This document shows positions 50,645 to 63,355 of a DNA stretch of 64,000 nucleotides, in pieces. Every line of letters starts with the position of its first letter. Positions within the stretch are counted from its first letter, which is position 1. Under the pieces are notes generated by a model. The model did no database searches. It had not been told where the DNA came from and saw nothing but the letters and a program-made list of their open reading frames with translations. Origin of the DNA: Octopus sinensis (Eukaryota); assembly GCF_006345805.1 (NCBI RefSeq), contig NC_042997.1, forward strand, positions 147,560,001 to 147,624,000. The letters run 5' to 3'. Made by a program: the position numbers and the translations under genes.

Positions 50645-50917
50645 TTAGTCCCATTGTGTGACACCATGGGAACATGTCTTGTATTATAGCCTCGGGCCGA
50701 CGAAAGCAATATATATGGATTTAAGGGAAACATATGTGCGTGTGTGTTGTGTCTCTCTTTATCCTCCCGTCACCGCTTTACACCTGGTGCTGTTGCGTTT
50801 ACGAGCGGTTCGGCAAATTAGACCAATAAAATAAATATAAGGTTTATAAGATAAGGCCTGGGCTCGATTTGTACAACTAAAATTCTTCAAGACATTGTTC
50901 CAGCATTGCCACAGTCA

Positions 50918-50918
<1 letters not shown>
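50645..50918 (+). mobile_element. SINE family A, diverged and 5'-truncated
   Basis: TATAGCCTCGGGCCGAC..GCGGTTCGGCAAA..CCAGCATTGCCACAGTCAA. Confidence 0.7.
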
Positions 50919-50950
<32 letters not shown>

Positions 50951-52556
50951 TGTATGTATGTATGTATGTATGTATGTATGTATGTATGTATGTATGCATG
51001 CATGTATGTATATGAATATTGTAATTTTCTTGAAGGTTTTCAATGTGTTAGTAATGCAAACGTGCTTTTGTTTTTAAAAAATTCTCAACGTAATACTCTT
51101 GAAAAGTTTGGGAAAACCTGCATATTGATTTCAATAAGTATAATCAAAGAAAAGATACTGAGTTGTCTGACATAATTTGTTTAAAACTTCTATTATGTAC
51201 ATGGAAATTTCTATCAGTAAGAAAATAATTCGAAAGTTTAGAGTTTCTTATATTTAATAAGATTCCCCTTTATTAAATTTAAGAAAGGAAATAAGATCCC
51301 CCTTATCTAATATGAGAAAGAAAAGAATCCAAACTTTCCGAGTTTCTAATATTTTATCGTTATCAAATCTACATAGAATGGATAATAGAATGTGATTAAA
51401 TGAGGATTTGTTTTCGAATTCTCTCGTATTTATCGTGTTCTCCCTTCTTGGCTTAAACAGTTATTTATCCAGAATTAAACAACACAGGGTCGTTATAGGG
51501 AAATTCGTCTCGAAACTCGCGCAAGATGGACAAAAAAAAAAGAAAAGAAAAGAAAAGCGTCTCAAGGACACACTCAAAGCCTCATTGAAGATCTTTGAGA
51601 TCAACTCTTACATCTACGTCGAAATATTAGCCGTATTACCATGTAATCACATCCTATTGCCTTATGTATGTATGTATATGTTTATACGTAGAGTGGTCAA
51701 CGAGTGATTTGTATGTTGTACATAATACGAGATACCAATTAAATCTCTATGTACTGAAAAGTGTAGTGAATGTCTGGCTTTATTTTAAGTACAGTAGATT
51801 TAAATGACTACCTGTATTTATTATAAGATGCTTATTTATTATGATGCATTCTTTTAAATAAATCACTATAAAAATGCAAATTGTTGAGTCAATGATTTCG
51901 AAATCTGAGTGAACATTAACGGGCCAGTGAAGAAAATCTGCAAACGTTATAATTGTAAATACTCTTGAAACGCGCAAGTTTCATGAGATGTAAATATTTT
52001 AGAACTAGTTATATCTCTCTCAGACAGAAAACATAAATGACTTAACTATGCTAAAGAAAAACGTTAGTTATACATACAAAGTGAGAGAATTACAATTTAT
52101 CAATCCAGGTTATTGATTTATTATTGTACCTCTAGACATATATAATACACAGTCTGAATATCAAACTTGTAAAGCTGAGTTTCAGACCAATAGATTTGGT
52201 TCTTACACTGCAATTTCCATAAGCCGGCGGAATTGTAATAATATGCAAAAGCATCCAAACGTCTTATTTTTAACGAATTTTTAATCATGACTATCTTCCC
52301 TTCAGCAACTCTTCTTCCATTACTAACATGTACATCAACATAAATTGAAAATAAACAGAAATAATAATGAATACACACATGCAACATATCAAAATGATAA
52401 ATGGTTATATAAATAAAACTAAATCAAATCTGAGAAGAATCCTTCAAGGAATATTTCGGTTAGATACACATAAATCATTGGAATTTGAAATAGAGAATAA
52501 AAAAAAATATGGATTATTCAGATGAAGAAGTGTGGTGCCATGATCTTTTGCAAAGG

Positions 52557-52700
52557 CGGCAAATTGGGAGAGTCGTCAAATGTCGGGAAGGTTGCCTCCT
52601 CCCCATAGAATTCGTGCTGTCAGCGAACTGAGATCAAATCTCACCGAGGTCAATGTTGTCGTTATCCTTTCAAGTTCGATGTAAAGTTGAAATGTGGGGC
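52557..52700 (+). mobile_element. Old, highly diverged SINE family B copy
   Basis: AAGGCGGC..CTGAGATCAAATCTCACCGAGGTCAA..ATCCTTTC. Confidence 0.45.
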
Positions 52701-53694
52701 GATTTATTGATGGAATTGTCGAACCGATTACCTTGCAGTATTTGTTCCGGCTCCTTGCGCTCTGCGTTCGAATCGCTCCGTGGCCTACAACGGTGGTAAA
52801 CTTAATTTGACACTCCGTTTAGCAGCACCACTTGGAACATTGGGTGTCTTTTGTGTAATCTACTCTGTTGTAAACGTTTGGACCAGATCCTAGGCATGCA
52901 TACGTGATTCTCTTCTTGTACTAGATTCGGGGAATTGCCTTCCATCCTGTCTGAAATGTAAAAGATAAATCGAAGACTTTGCATGCTGGCATGAATATTT
53001 GCGTCACTGGACACCTTTAGAGACATACGTGGGATACGTGACGATTTTAAATCCGGCGAAAACTTAATTCTTTCTCGCAAATATTAATATGCAGTATCAT
53101 CTATCGATATCCATAGATGAAAATGTATACTGACACACAGAAATTGCAATATGTGCACACAATACATAAGAGGTTGTAGCATAGTGAATGGGAGGGAAAA
53201 GATGGGAACATGGAAAAGCAAGAATTAAATTTAAATTCTAGGAGTATATTAATAAAATATGATGGTCGTTCCCAATTTTCGATGTATGAGTGTTTGAAGG
53301 ATAAGAGTTAAAGATAAAAACAAACAAAAACCTTAAGTAGTTGCATCTATTTGCGATGGATGTGTAAAATCAATTTTAGTCCGGGTATGACTTTTACTAT
53401 GAACTCGCAATGGGGATATTGACTTGTTTGATTTTGCCTAGGATTGGGCAAGCGGGACTGTTGATTGTTCTTCTATTGTTCTTTTTCTTCAACTCAAATT
53501 GTTTAGATGCATCGTGACACATTTTACGCCATGCGGATTGATCTAGGCAATGACTTTTCTAAGATGTCAGATATTAGTCGTTGCTTTAACTTATCCTTAT
53601 ACCCAAGGAGATATCTTCCTTTGGTGCGATATCCCTCCAGGTTATTTACATTATTTACATTTGACAGATATTTGTCCTCATCTTGTTTGTTGTT

Positions 53695-53740
53695 AATACA
53701 ACGTTTCGGCTGATATACCCATCAAACTTCATCAGGTGTC
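53695..53740 (-). ncRNA. Partly decayed type I minimal hammerhead ribozyme (family P3)
   Basis: Minus strand: GACAC-CTGATGA-A-GTTTG-ATGGGTATAT-CAGCC-GAAAC-GT-T-GTATT. Stem III is the palindrome AACGTT; stems I and II each carry a mismatch. Confidence 0.65.
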
Positions 53741-53789
53741 TTGGGGATTTTCCGAACCTGCTTACTCATTCCTGAGGTAATTTTGATGA

Positions 53790-53839
<50 letters not shown>

Positions 53840-53841
<2 letters not shown>

Positions 53842-53911
53842 ATCACTGCCTGGAATCAAACTCGGAATCTTGGGGTTAGTAGCCCGCGCTCTTAACCACT
53901 ACACTATATGC
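53840..53911 (-). promoter_or_regulatory. tRNA-derived Pol III A/B-box head inside the PLE 3' region (second copy at 54126-54200); not a functional tRNA
   Basis: A-box TAGTGTAGTGG, anticodon-like arm GGG-CTACTAA-CCC, B-box GAGTTTGATTCC (TTCGATT in the other copy). The acceptor and T stems do not pair fully. Confidence 0.7.
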
Positions 53912-54071
53912 AAGTGGAGTGAACTTTAGGGCTTATAAATCTAATATTTTCCTATCCTTCCTTAATACCGGTTCCCATATGCGGTTCATATCTACTGTCG
54001 GTCTGATTAAGAGGTTGTTGTGTCCTAGCATATGTGCTGCTTGTTTCAGTTTTCGAATTTTTCAGTGGTGA

Positions 54072-54129
<58 letters not shown>

Positions 54130-54414
54130 TCAGTGCTTGTAATCGAAGTCAGAAACCTGGGGTTAGTAGCCCGCGCTTTTAACCACTACATCATATGGGC
54201 AATTATTGAGTGAATTTTAGGGCTTATAAATCTAATTTTCTCCTATCCTTCCTTAATACCGGTTCCCATATGCTATTCATATCAGCACTCAGTCTGCCTA
54301 GGAGGTTGTTGTATCCTAGCATATGTGTTGCTTCTTTCAGTTTTCGTATTTTCCAGTGGTGTTCTCTGTCTATTACTTTAACTTCATCTCTTAAATATAG
54401 AACTGTATCCCTCC

Positions 54415-54660
54415 ACTTGTTGGCATACAGAAGAATTTTCGGAATGCGGTCAGGTTTCATTCGAACAACATGTCCTACCAATCTGCACCGAATTCTCATC
54501 AGTATGCTTTGCATCCTGGAGATATCACATTTTTCTAAGATTTTGGCATTGAACATCTTACCTTGCTATTTTATGTTGCATATGTTGCACAAACAGCACA
54601 TATAGAAAGTTTCAACTTTCGTCATATGTGTGTTGTAAGGAGTCTCTGATTCTGCTCTAT
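54415..54660 (-). mobile_element. RTE LINE ORF2 post-RT fragment
   Basis: KVETFYMCCLCNICNIK*QGKMFNAKILEKCDISRMQSILMRIRCRLVGHVVRMKPDRIPKILLY matches the RTE pattern LE.FH.RCLR.I..IKWQDK..N...RW.GHV.RM...RIPK.LLY. Confidence 0.8.
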
Positions 54661-56009
54661 ACAAAAGCCTGCTAAGGAAAGCGTGGGTGGTTTAGCGCTT
54701 AGATAACCAAACATAAAAATATACACGAACGGCCATAAAAATTTAAGATCACATGTGAGGATATAAAGAGGCACCAAGCGGCCTTTAGGTGACCGATTCA
54801 CCCCTTAGAAATAGTATTAAAGTGCACTAAAATCAAAACCTAGTTTTAAAAAGAACTCACATTTGACAACATGATACTGGTTGAAAAAACTATGAATAAT
54901 ATTAGAGATGGGGAATGCTGGAGCCACTTTTATCATAGATCTGCTTCTTTAAGGTTGATGTGAAGCTATAGAACAACATATTCTTGCTACCAATTGCTTT
55001 ATGTGAAAAAGACATTGAAATAATGAAAATTCAAATTCTCTTTTACTATTTTGGTTTACAAGAATCCGTCTGAATAAGCGATACAGTGTCGCTTATCTAA
55101 ATTAGATAAATAAATAAAAAATAATTTAAAGTGTGCTGTAAATATAATTCCTGAAACATTCATGTCTTCAGAATTATCAGAAGAATATAACTGAACTGTT
55201 GTTATCTAATTTTCCACTGAACATACTGATCTTTGGTCTCAGTTGATTAATGAAACCATAAATATTGATATGAGATTTTTTTTTTCATTGAAAAGTTGCT
55301 TCGTATCAATTTTCACGATAAAATTACGACTTGGCTGAATATTTCTAAATTTATCTGAAATAAACCTAGTTTTGTAATGCTGTTGTAGCAATGATTTAGC
55401 ATATGCTAGCACACGATCGAATCGGCCTATTACATAATACATTCAAATTGTGACTATTTCGTCGTTTTAGGAAACTATGAGCTTATATTTAATTAATGTA
55501 TCCTTCATGCGAGTACGACGGAGTGTGTGATTTCAAGGATAAGTGTCCTATATTAAACTACATTCAGTGCCCATGCAAGGGCTCACATATTGGTTGGATT
55601 CACGGTAAATTTCATATATTTAGCAATCGAAATGTTTTTCATATGTAAAATTATTAAAACACACCAATGAAGAGAGAAGAATTGGAGCATGCGCGCACAC
55701 ATTCTCACTACTAAAATGAATATTTCTTTATGTATGTATGTAAGTATGTATGGTGTGACTGTGTGCTTATGTGTGCGTATACACACACACACACACACAC
55801 ATACACACATGCTATAACTTTTAGCTTTATGAGTGAGGTTCGATCATATTCTCCCACCAAAAATATGAATACATATACGTATTTGTGTTTGTGTTTATAT
55901 GTCTGCCCGTGTGTTTGTGCGTATATGTGCGTGTCTTCGCATGCATCCATATGCAACTTTTATTATAAATTCATTTTTATCAATTCATTTAGTAGATAAG
56001 TATATCGAA

Positions 56010-56388
<379 letters not shown>

Positions 56389-57224
56389 GTGGTTTATTAC
56401 GTGTGTGTGTATTGTATGTGTATATATGTTTTTAATGGCAGCATATACCTTTAAACAGCATATAACCTTTGAATAGCTGTTACATACACAACACACCCAC
56501 TCACACGCACGTGAGCATGCACACATTCAGACACACACATACACACAAATGTGCTCTTGAAAGGTGACATATTGATGCGCACAACCAAGTGGTTCTGAGT
56601 TCGAATATATTCTGAGTATCTCCAGTTGATGCTATTTTTTTATAAACTCGATTCAAACTATTCTTTATAAGTGAAACAGGTAGTCGGAAAACGTATAGGA
56701 GCACATCGGCTGGATTCAGCTTCTTATTCGAAAGGTGTAAATTAGTTTCACGTTGATTCTACTTGAGGTTTACATGAACATTCTCAGCAGAATCTGTGTG
56801 GTGCTGTGGTTACGGAAACAGCAAAAATCACAGAACGTTATACCAAGTTATGTTCCATTGAAAATGACTGCAGTAAATCATACCTACCTACTAACTCAGT
56901 TTACACTCCAACATCTCTGTATGGCATACATTTTATCCTGTGGTGCATAATCCCAAAAATACAAGATGGTCAATGCTGGAAAGGCTGACATCGCATTACA
57001 CAACAACAGCAGCCATTCAAGAATTTGGTGTCATCTCCCAGTGATATCGGGCGTCAACGAAGAGCCCTCGACTACAACAAGACGACCAAAGTTTTTTTTT
57101 CCAAGGTCTGGGGTCTCCCGCCCCTCAGCCCTAGACCATCACCTAATCACCCTTATCCGTCTTGTTGCTTAACAACAACAACAACAACAACAACAGCATT
57201 AAGAGCAACATCAAATTAGATGCG

Positions 57225-57645
57225 GGCGTGGCTGATAAGAAGTTTGTATCCCAAACACATGGTTCTCGGTTCAAGCTCCATGATGTGGCACCTTGTGCGA
57301 ATATTTTCTACTATAGCCTCAATCCAACTAAAGTCTTGGGAGATGATTTGGTAGACTGAAACTGAAAGAAACCCATCATATGTATGTATGTGTGTGTTTT
57401 TGTTTGTGTGTGTGTGTATGTGTGTGTATGTGTGCGTTTGTGTGTGCTTCTGTCTGTGTTTACATCTCCGTAACTTGGCGGTTCTGCAAAAGAGGTTGAT
57501 AGAATAAGTACCAAACTTAAAAAAAAGCAAAAAAAAAGCGTCAATGATAATTACCAGAGTCGATTCATTCGACTAAACACTCTTGAAGGCTGTGCGTCAG
57601 TATGGGCGCAATTTAACGATTGAAAGAAGTAAAAGGTAAAAGATT
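57225..57645 (+). mobile_element. SINE family A, diverged full length
   Basis: GGCGTGGCTG..CACATGGTTCTCGGTTCAA..GGTAGACTGAAACTGAAAG..GATAGAATAAGTACC. Confidence 0.8.
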
Positions 57646-57987
57646 AATAAAAAAAAGGTACATCCTGTCTAGTCAAGTGTTAGGAAAAACTGCTATTCAG
57701 TAACCTCTCAATCCAAAACTCACATCGCAAAATTTATAACTCCCATTAATCAAATGAGGTCAAAGATTGACGTATTTAGTGGAAAATTAGATAGCAGCGT
57801 CTCAGTTATTGTCTTCTGGTAATTCTAAAGACGTGAATGTTTCGAAAAATTATATTTACCGCCCACACTTAATGGGGTTTCTATTTAGTTAATTTAGATA
57901 AGCAACATTTCCTTTATCCAAGCTGACCCAGCGAAGGCTAAATATAGTAAGAGTGAATATGATTATTTTTAATATTTCAATGAGTGT

Positions 57988-58374
57988 AAGGCGGCGAGCT
58001 GGCAGAAACGTTACCACGCCGGGCGAAATGCTTTGCGGTATTTCGTCTGTCGCTACGTTCTGAGTTCAAATTCAGCCGAGGTCGACTTTGCCTTTCATCC
58101 TTTCGGGGTCAATTAAATAAGTACCAGTTACGCACTGGGGTCGATATAATAGACTTAATCTTTTGTCTGTCCTTGTTTGTCCTCTCTCCGTTTAGCTCTT
58201 TGTGGGTAGTAAAGAAATAGGTATTTCGTCTGTGATTATGTTCTGAGTTCAAATTCCGTCGAGGTCGACTTAGGCTTTCATCCTTTCGGGGTCGATATAA
58301 TAAGTGCCAGTTTTGTACTAGGGTCTATATAATCGACTCCCCCTTCCCCAAAATCTGTGCCTAGTGTAGAAAAG
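57988..58374 (+). mobile_element. SINE family B, dimeric form, with 17-bp TSD
   Basis: TSD AATATTTCAATGAGTGT at 57971-87 and 58375-91; same dimer structure as 44377-44742. Confidence 0.93.
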
Positions 58375-58392
58375 AATATTTCAATGAGTGTC

Positions 58393-58575
58393 AAGGCAGC
58401 GAGTTGGTAGAGTCGTTAGAACCCCTGGAAAAAGTGTGTAGCGGCGTTTCGTTCGTTATTACGTTCTGAGTTCACATTCCGTCGAGGTGCACTTTGCCTT
58501 TCTAGATAATTTCGAAGTTAATAAAATAAGAATCAGTTGAACACTGGGATCGATTTAATCGACTTAGCTCTTACT
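58393..58575 (+). mobile_element. SINE family B monomer, older copy directly downstream
   Basis: AAGGCAGCGAGTTGGTAGAGTCGTTAG..GTTCTGAGTTCACATTCCGTCGAGG. Confidence 0.8.
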
Positions 58576-58764
58576 TTGAAACGATTTTGTTGCTATCTTT
58601 AGCAGGTCGAGCGCCTGTTTGTTTGTAACCCTAAGTTTGGTTTAATGTTGTTTGTTTATGTTTACTTACGTAGATATTTTTATCTCATTAACTGCTGCAT
58701 ACCAAGTGTCTCCCCTGTTCTATTACTTTACCCCTTGCAGTTATTCGCTGTCGTAGATTCTATC

Positions 58765-58767
58765 TAA

Positions 58768-58813
<46 letters not shown>

Positions 58814-58909
58814 CTCTCTCTATCTATCTATCTATCTATCTATCTGCCTACCTACTTACTTACCAACCTACGTAACTAACTACCTGTCTGTCTGCTTGTC
58901 TATCCATCC

Positions 58910-58957
<48 letters not shown>

Positions 58958-58995
58958 ATCTGTCTGTCTGTCTGTCTGTTTGCCTGTCCGTCTGT
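58765..58995. repeat. (TCTA)n/(TCTG)n compound microsatellite
   Basis: Directly visible. Confidence 0.95.
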
Positions 58996-59467
58996 CTGTC
59001 TGTCAGTCGTTCTCAGTCCTGTACATAAGCTTACCTATTATTTCGGTCACGTTGAACCGAAAACGTGATTTCTAACTGTGTAACCACAATTATTCTGCGG
59101 CTTATGTTTACATGTCTTGCTTTGTAAATAGTGTCAAAGTAATTCTCTTGGACCGAACTATAACATTTTTCATCAGTATGATAGCTGGTATCTTGAGTGG
59201 TTTTAGTCTCAAGTGTTTGTATTCTTTGTATGTCATTGTTCCTGCTACTGGAAAGTTAGTAAACATACATTCTCCGCCTTGTTTGGAGATGTTGCCAACA
59301 GTGTTATTTTCCGTTAAGATATCTTTGAACTGTATCGATGATCAAATATCTCTCCTCTCTTTGTTGTTTGATTGTTTTGTGTAATTGTCTAGTGATCTCG
59401 TGAATTATTTGGTATATTCATTACTTGAGGAATTCTGCGTCCGAATACATTTGTTTTATGGACATAC

Positions 59468-59572
59468 ATTGGTTTCAAATTTCGGCACAAGGCCAGTAAT
59501 TTCGAGGGAACGGTTGAATTGATGATATCGACTCCAGTGCTCAGATGGTGCTTATTTTATCGACACCTGATG
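59468..59572 (-). mobile_element. SINE family B, 3' fragment
   Basis: GGTTTCAAATTTCGGCACAAGGCCAG..ATCGACTCCAGTGCTC..TTATTTTATCGAC. Confidence 0.65.
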
Positions 59573-59694
59573 GACATATACTGGAGTGAATTCTCTTTCA
59601 GTTCGGGAGAATAGAAGAGATCCATTTTATATTTTTATCACCGTTTCAGTTTAAATTTAATATTTAAATGGAGTTAACTTTGATGTTGTTTGTT

Positions 59695-59945
59695 TGTTCT
59701 TTCTCGAGCCACGCCTGGCTCATAAGGGCCGGTTTCCCGGTTTCCTTGGAGTATAGGTTCCCCACCTGGACAGGACGCCGGTCCGTCGCAGGTGAGCTTC
59801 AAGATTCAGGAGGAAAGAGTGAGAGAAAGTTGTGGCGAAAGAGTAAGCAGAAGTTCGCCATTACCTTCTGCTGGAGCCGCGTGGAGCTTAGGTGTTTCGC
59901 TCATAAACACACACATCGCTCGTCAGGTCTGAGATTCGAACCCGC
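59695..59945 (-). mobile_element. tRNA-derived SINE with a family D-type 5' body and a family C-type 3' domain
   Basis: Minus strand: GGGTTCGAATCTC..AAACACCTAAGCTCCACGCGGCTCC (as at 12055-12440), then CTGCGACGGACCGGCGTCCTGTCCAGG..CCTTATGAGCC (as at 16253). Confidence 0.8.
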
Positions 59946-61279
59946 GTTTGTATTGTCATCATCTCACAAACAGCTGAAATGAGCTTTGTTACTGAAAATT
60001 ATAACGATGATGATAGTGGTGGTGGTGGTGGTGGTGGTGGTGATTGTGAAAAGTAATTTTTATTGAACTAATTTTTTTTTATATTAGACCATCGCTTAAC
60101 GCATGCGTATAAGTGCAATTATTTATCGTTTGTTTATTTAAAAAAATTAATATCCAATATTTATAAGGTTTAATTTAGTCTAAATTTCGGATTCACAAGA
60201 AACACGGTTGCAATCTTCCCGAGAAAGAATGTGCAGATAGGGAGCACGGATCTGAGAGGAAGAGCGAGATATAATATAAAGAGAAAAAAGGCGCTACTGA
60301 GGGAGAGTGAGAAAATGAATGCAGACGAAAATCTAGTACATTTAAAGAAAACTAAGCTATGAATGCTATAAAAATGCAAATCATTCTTTCTTTCTTCAAT
60401 AGGCCCTCTTGATTTTTTCATTCAGTGGAATTTACACAGGTTCCCCTTGTATATATGATTTTATAGTTTACTGTTTAGTTATTAGTAAGATCAACCAAAA
60501 CATATTCCACTTAGTGAAAGACATCATTGAATATATAAAATATTTAAATACCAGCTGCTATTAGTTTCATGCTGTTGAAATACAATAATTCACTACATTT
60601 ATATATCATGTCTTGAGCTTCCAAGCTTCCTTCAGGTTTCAATATATTACATGGCTAGTCTTACTTGAAAACCGAGAAAGGACGTGAAAACACGAGAGAA
60701 GGTGAATGCAAATGACGGAACGCGAAAAAGCACATCGAGAAGACAAAAGGTAAATAAAAACGGATATAGAAAGGAACTAAAACTAAAGCTAGGCGCCACC
60801 CCCACCTCCTTTGTATGTCGAATTCATAGTTAACATAGCAGGTTCAGAATAATTTAACGGAGGCCAAAGTCTGTAAGAAAGCTTGTGAAATCCGAAGAGG
60901 GTGATGTCCTCCAGTTCGACAAAATAAATTTGTTCATATGCTTACATTTGCTAAAACTTTCGGATCTGCAATTAATTTGTGCGGTGGAGGTCCTTGATCT
61001 AAAAAGAATGTGAAATCTTCAACTGCAATATAGATTGAACCTCTTTCCAGTTACATATGACGGGGATTTCCTCACAAAGTTCCAATTAATTCTTAGTGGT
61101 GTGCAGTTGATTTTCTGATCTCCTATATGGCAAGCCTACTTTATGGTTTTATTGTTGTCTCTGTGTCGGAAAGAAGTCTAGTGGTTTGCGTGTCTTTTTC
61201 TGTTAAATGACGTCTTCGCATAAACAGACGTAATTTTTCTTTTGTGTTTCCTTATTTTGGAGCACTATTGTAATTTCAG

Positions 61280-61505
61280 CCTCTTAAACTGTGGTTATTA
61301 AGATTGCCTGATCGAGAGGGCAAGCTTCATGAGAGTGGGTTCTTGGTGTGGCTTGCGACTGATAATGTCTTTTGTATTGGGGCAGCAATTGTATGAAATT
61401 GTTATCGAACCACTAATAAGAATTTTCCCGTCATTACGGTTTATTGCCAAATGCCTATCTAATAATGCCATGCATTTCTGCCTATGTTGGTTTTAACATT
61501 CAAAC
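61280..61505 (-). mobile_element. Penelope-like element RT C-terminal/linker remnant
   Basis: NVKTNIGRKCMALLDRHLAIN..ITISYNCCPNTKDIIS matches the PLE motif NVKTNIGK.FL.L.DKHF......K.SYSCMPN...II. Confidence 0.75.
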
Positions 61506-62184
61506 AGAAAGGTGGGGGCGAATAATATTATTTTAGGTTTCATATTTTCAATTGAATGTATGTATCATATGTTATCTTAGAAGCCGGCGTTAGCCAGGGC
61601 ATTAGGACTGCCCTATCAAATATTTCCTTAGAAGAGGAAAGATAAGATATCCAATTACTGATATTTGCCACCATGTTTTTAAACTCTATAGGCGTAACTG
61701 GTGTGTATGTGCATGCGTATAAATGCGTGTGTATATGTGCATGAATGGGTGTGTACTTGTGTGACTAATTGCTTTATTGATATCGTTTTATTTATTTGCT
61801 GAATTTCTGCTGGTATCCTTTCTACATCCTGCGTTGATAAATGTATTTGAGTTTGTTCAGTTTATTCTAGATTTCAGCTGTATGTATATTTTTGTAGCTT
61901 TATCATGCATTTTTATGGTTTAATATACGAAGAAACAACTTTTGATATCGTTATATATTGAAGCTTAACTGGATTTTATCGTTTTTGTATTTTAGAATTT
62001 CTTTGGCACGATAATATTCAATGTACATCGACGAATATATGACAAATGACTGGTAAAAAGCATATAAACTGGATAATGTCGGGTTTTCAATATGAGGTTT
62101 TCAAAAGATTAGTCCCTCTTTTCTCTATATATCTATTCATTTATACAAGCATATGTGTGTTTACTTGTATATGTGGAAACCATA

Positions 62185-63355
62185 AAAATCCTAAAGCTTT
62201 CTATAAATTCGGAGAGGAAACAGTCACAATACAATATAAAATAGTAGGGCAATTATTCCAAGAGAATGGCTCACTGACCGCAGACCCACGAAGGATAAGT
62301 GAAATACTCTGAACAATTTAAAAGTGTCTTCACTTCCATGCTTGGACACATGCAGATAAAGAATCAGGCTGAATTCTTTAATACTGCAGTTCTAAAAAAG
62401 GAGGCGTCAACCATCGATTACATCAACATAGATGTAACAACGACGATAGAAGAAATGAGCTCATGCTCCCCAACTGGTCCTAATGGCTTCCCAGCTATTC
62501 TCCTCAAGTCATGTAAGTAGGCTTTAGCGAAACCACTTCAGATACGTTTCCAGAGTTTCCTTGCAAGTAGTAAACTTACTAAATATACTGAAAGAAGGCA
62601 TTATATGCCCCATCCACAAAGGTGGAAGCAGAGCAGAGGCCAAAAACTACAGGCCAAATATATCTGACTTCACATATCCGTAAAGTCATGGAGCGAATCG
62701 TCAGAAAGAAGTTGATAATGTTCTCAGAAGAAAATGATTTATTGAACAATGCACAGCATGTCTTCTGTCCCGGAAGAAGTAACCTCACACAACTCCTACA
62801 GCGCTATAACTGGGTTTTGAAACAACTGCTTGACCATTCAGATGTCAGCGTGATATACCTTGAATTTGCAAAGGTATTTGATAAGGTAGATCATGGCATG
62901 ATATGTCATAAGTTACGAGACCCTGGCATTGCTGGTAAACTGAGAGAGTGGCTACACGACTTCCTTAAAGACAGAAATCAGGTAGTCGCAGCCATTGGTG
63001 CCCTTTCTGAGGAAACTCAAATCTTAAGTGGTCTCCCGCAGGGAACTGTTCTGGGACCATTAATCTTTATAACAGCCCTCTTAAACATGCCCACGGTCAT
63101 TGGGCAGTCACTGAGAGTTATGCCGAGAGTTATGCATTGTACTGTACCAAAGGTACCAGGTACTGCAATACTCTAAGGTTCAAAGACCTACAGCTCTTCA
63201 ATGCCACAAAATTTAAGAAATCTGCAGAAGGTGGAAGTAGATGTCTTCATAAAGGAACTAGACTTCCTCCTCTCTACAATATCGGATGAAGCAACTGCCC
63301 CACATGAGGTTTAGATGAGGGCACCGGAATCAAACCCCCTTACACATCAAATGGG
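62185..63355 (+). mobile_element. CR1-type LINE ORF2 fragment with an internal deletion
   Basis: NPKAFYK..TGPNGFPAILLK..PIHKGGSRAEAKNYRP..SLTSHIRKVMERIV..IYLEFAKVFDKVDH..SGLPQGTVLGPLIF, then a jump straight to the C-terminus LRNLQKVEVDVFIKELDFLLSTISDE..RAPESNPL. Confidence 0.92.

Larger units (their letters stand above)
53640..54410 (-). mobile_element. Penelope-like element 3' end in partial tandem: GIY-YIG C-terminus, tRNA-like head and (AAT)n twice, then HHR and tail
   Basis: Peptide DEVKVIDREHHWKIRKLKEATHMLGYNNLL..DMNSIWEPVLRKDRRK*. Unit 54125-54360 is repeated at 53838-54070 (estimated 85% identity). HHR motif at 53695-53740. Confidence 0.8.

Noticed and set aside
53840-54200. Functional tRNA genes (apparent anticodon ACT)
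   Set aside because: The acceptor, D and T stems do not pair properly and the sequence is embedded in a retroelement repeat; I treat them as tRNA-derived promoter heads.
56760-57070. Possible decayed RTE 3' fragment
   Set aside because: Only vague similarity (ILSRIC..W and an RTE-like 3' end); too degenerate to support.
59100-59440. Possible R4-type RLE LINE fragment, and a CTGATGA on the minus strand
   Set aside because: No intact PD-D/ExK motif can be reconstructed, and the CTGATGA lacks HHR stems.
60870-61110. Candidate exons on both strands (minus DQGPPPHKLIADPKVLAN|gtaagc; plus VTYDGDFLTKFQLILSG)
   Set aside because: The splice signals are good, but the strands conflict, the phases do not match the adjacent candidates, and there is no homology.
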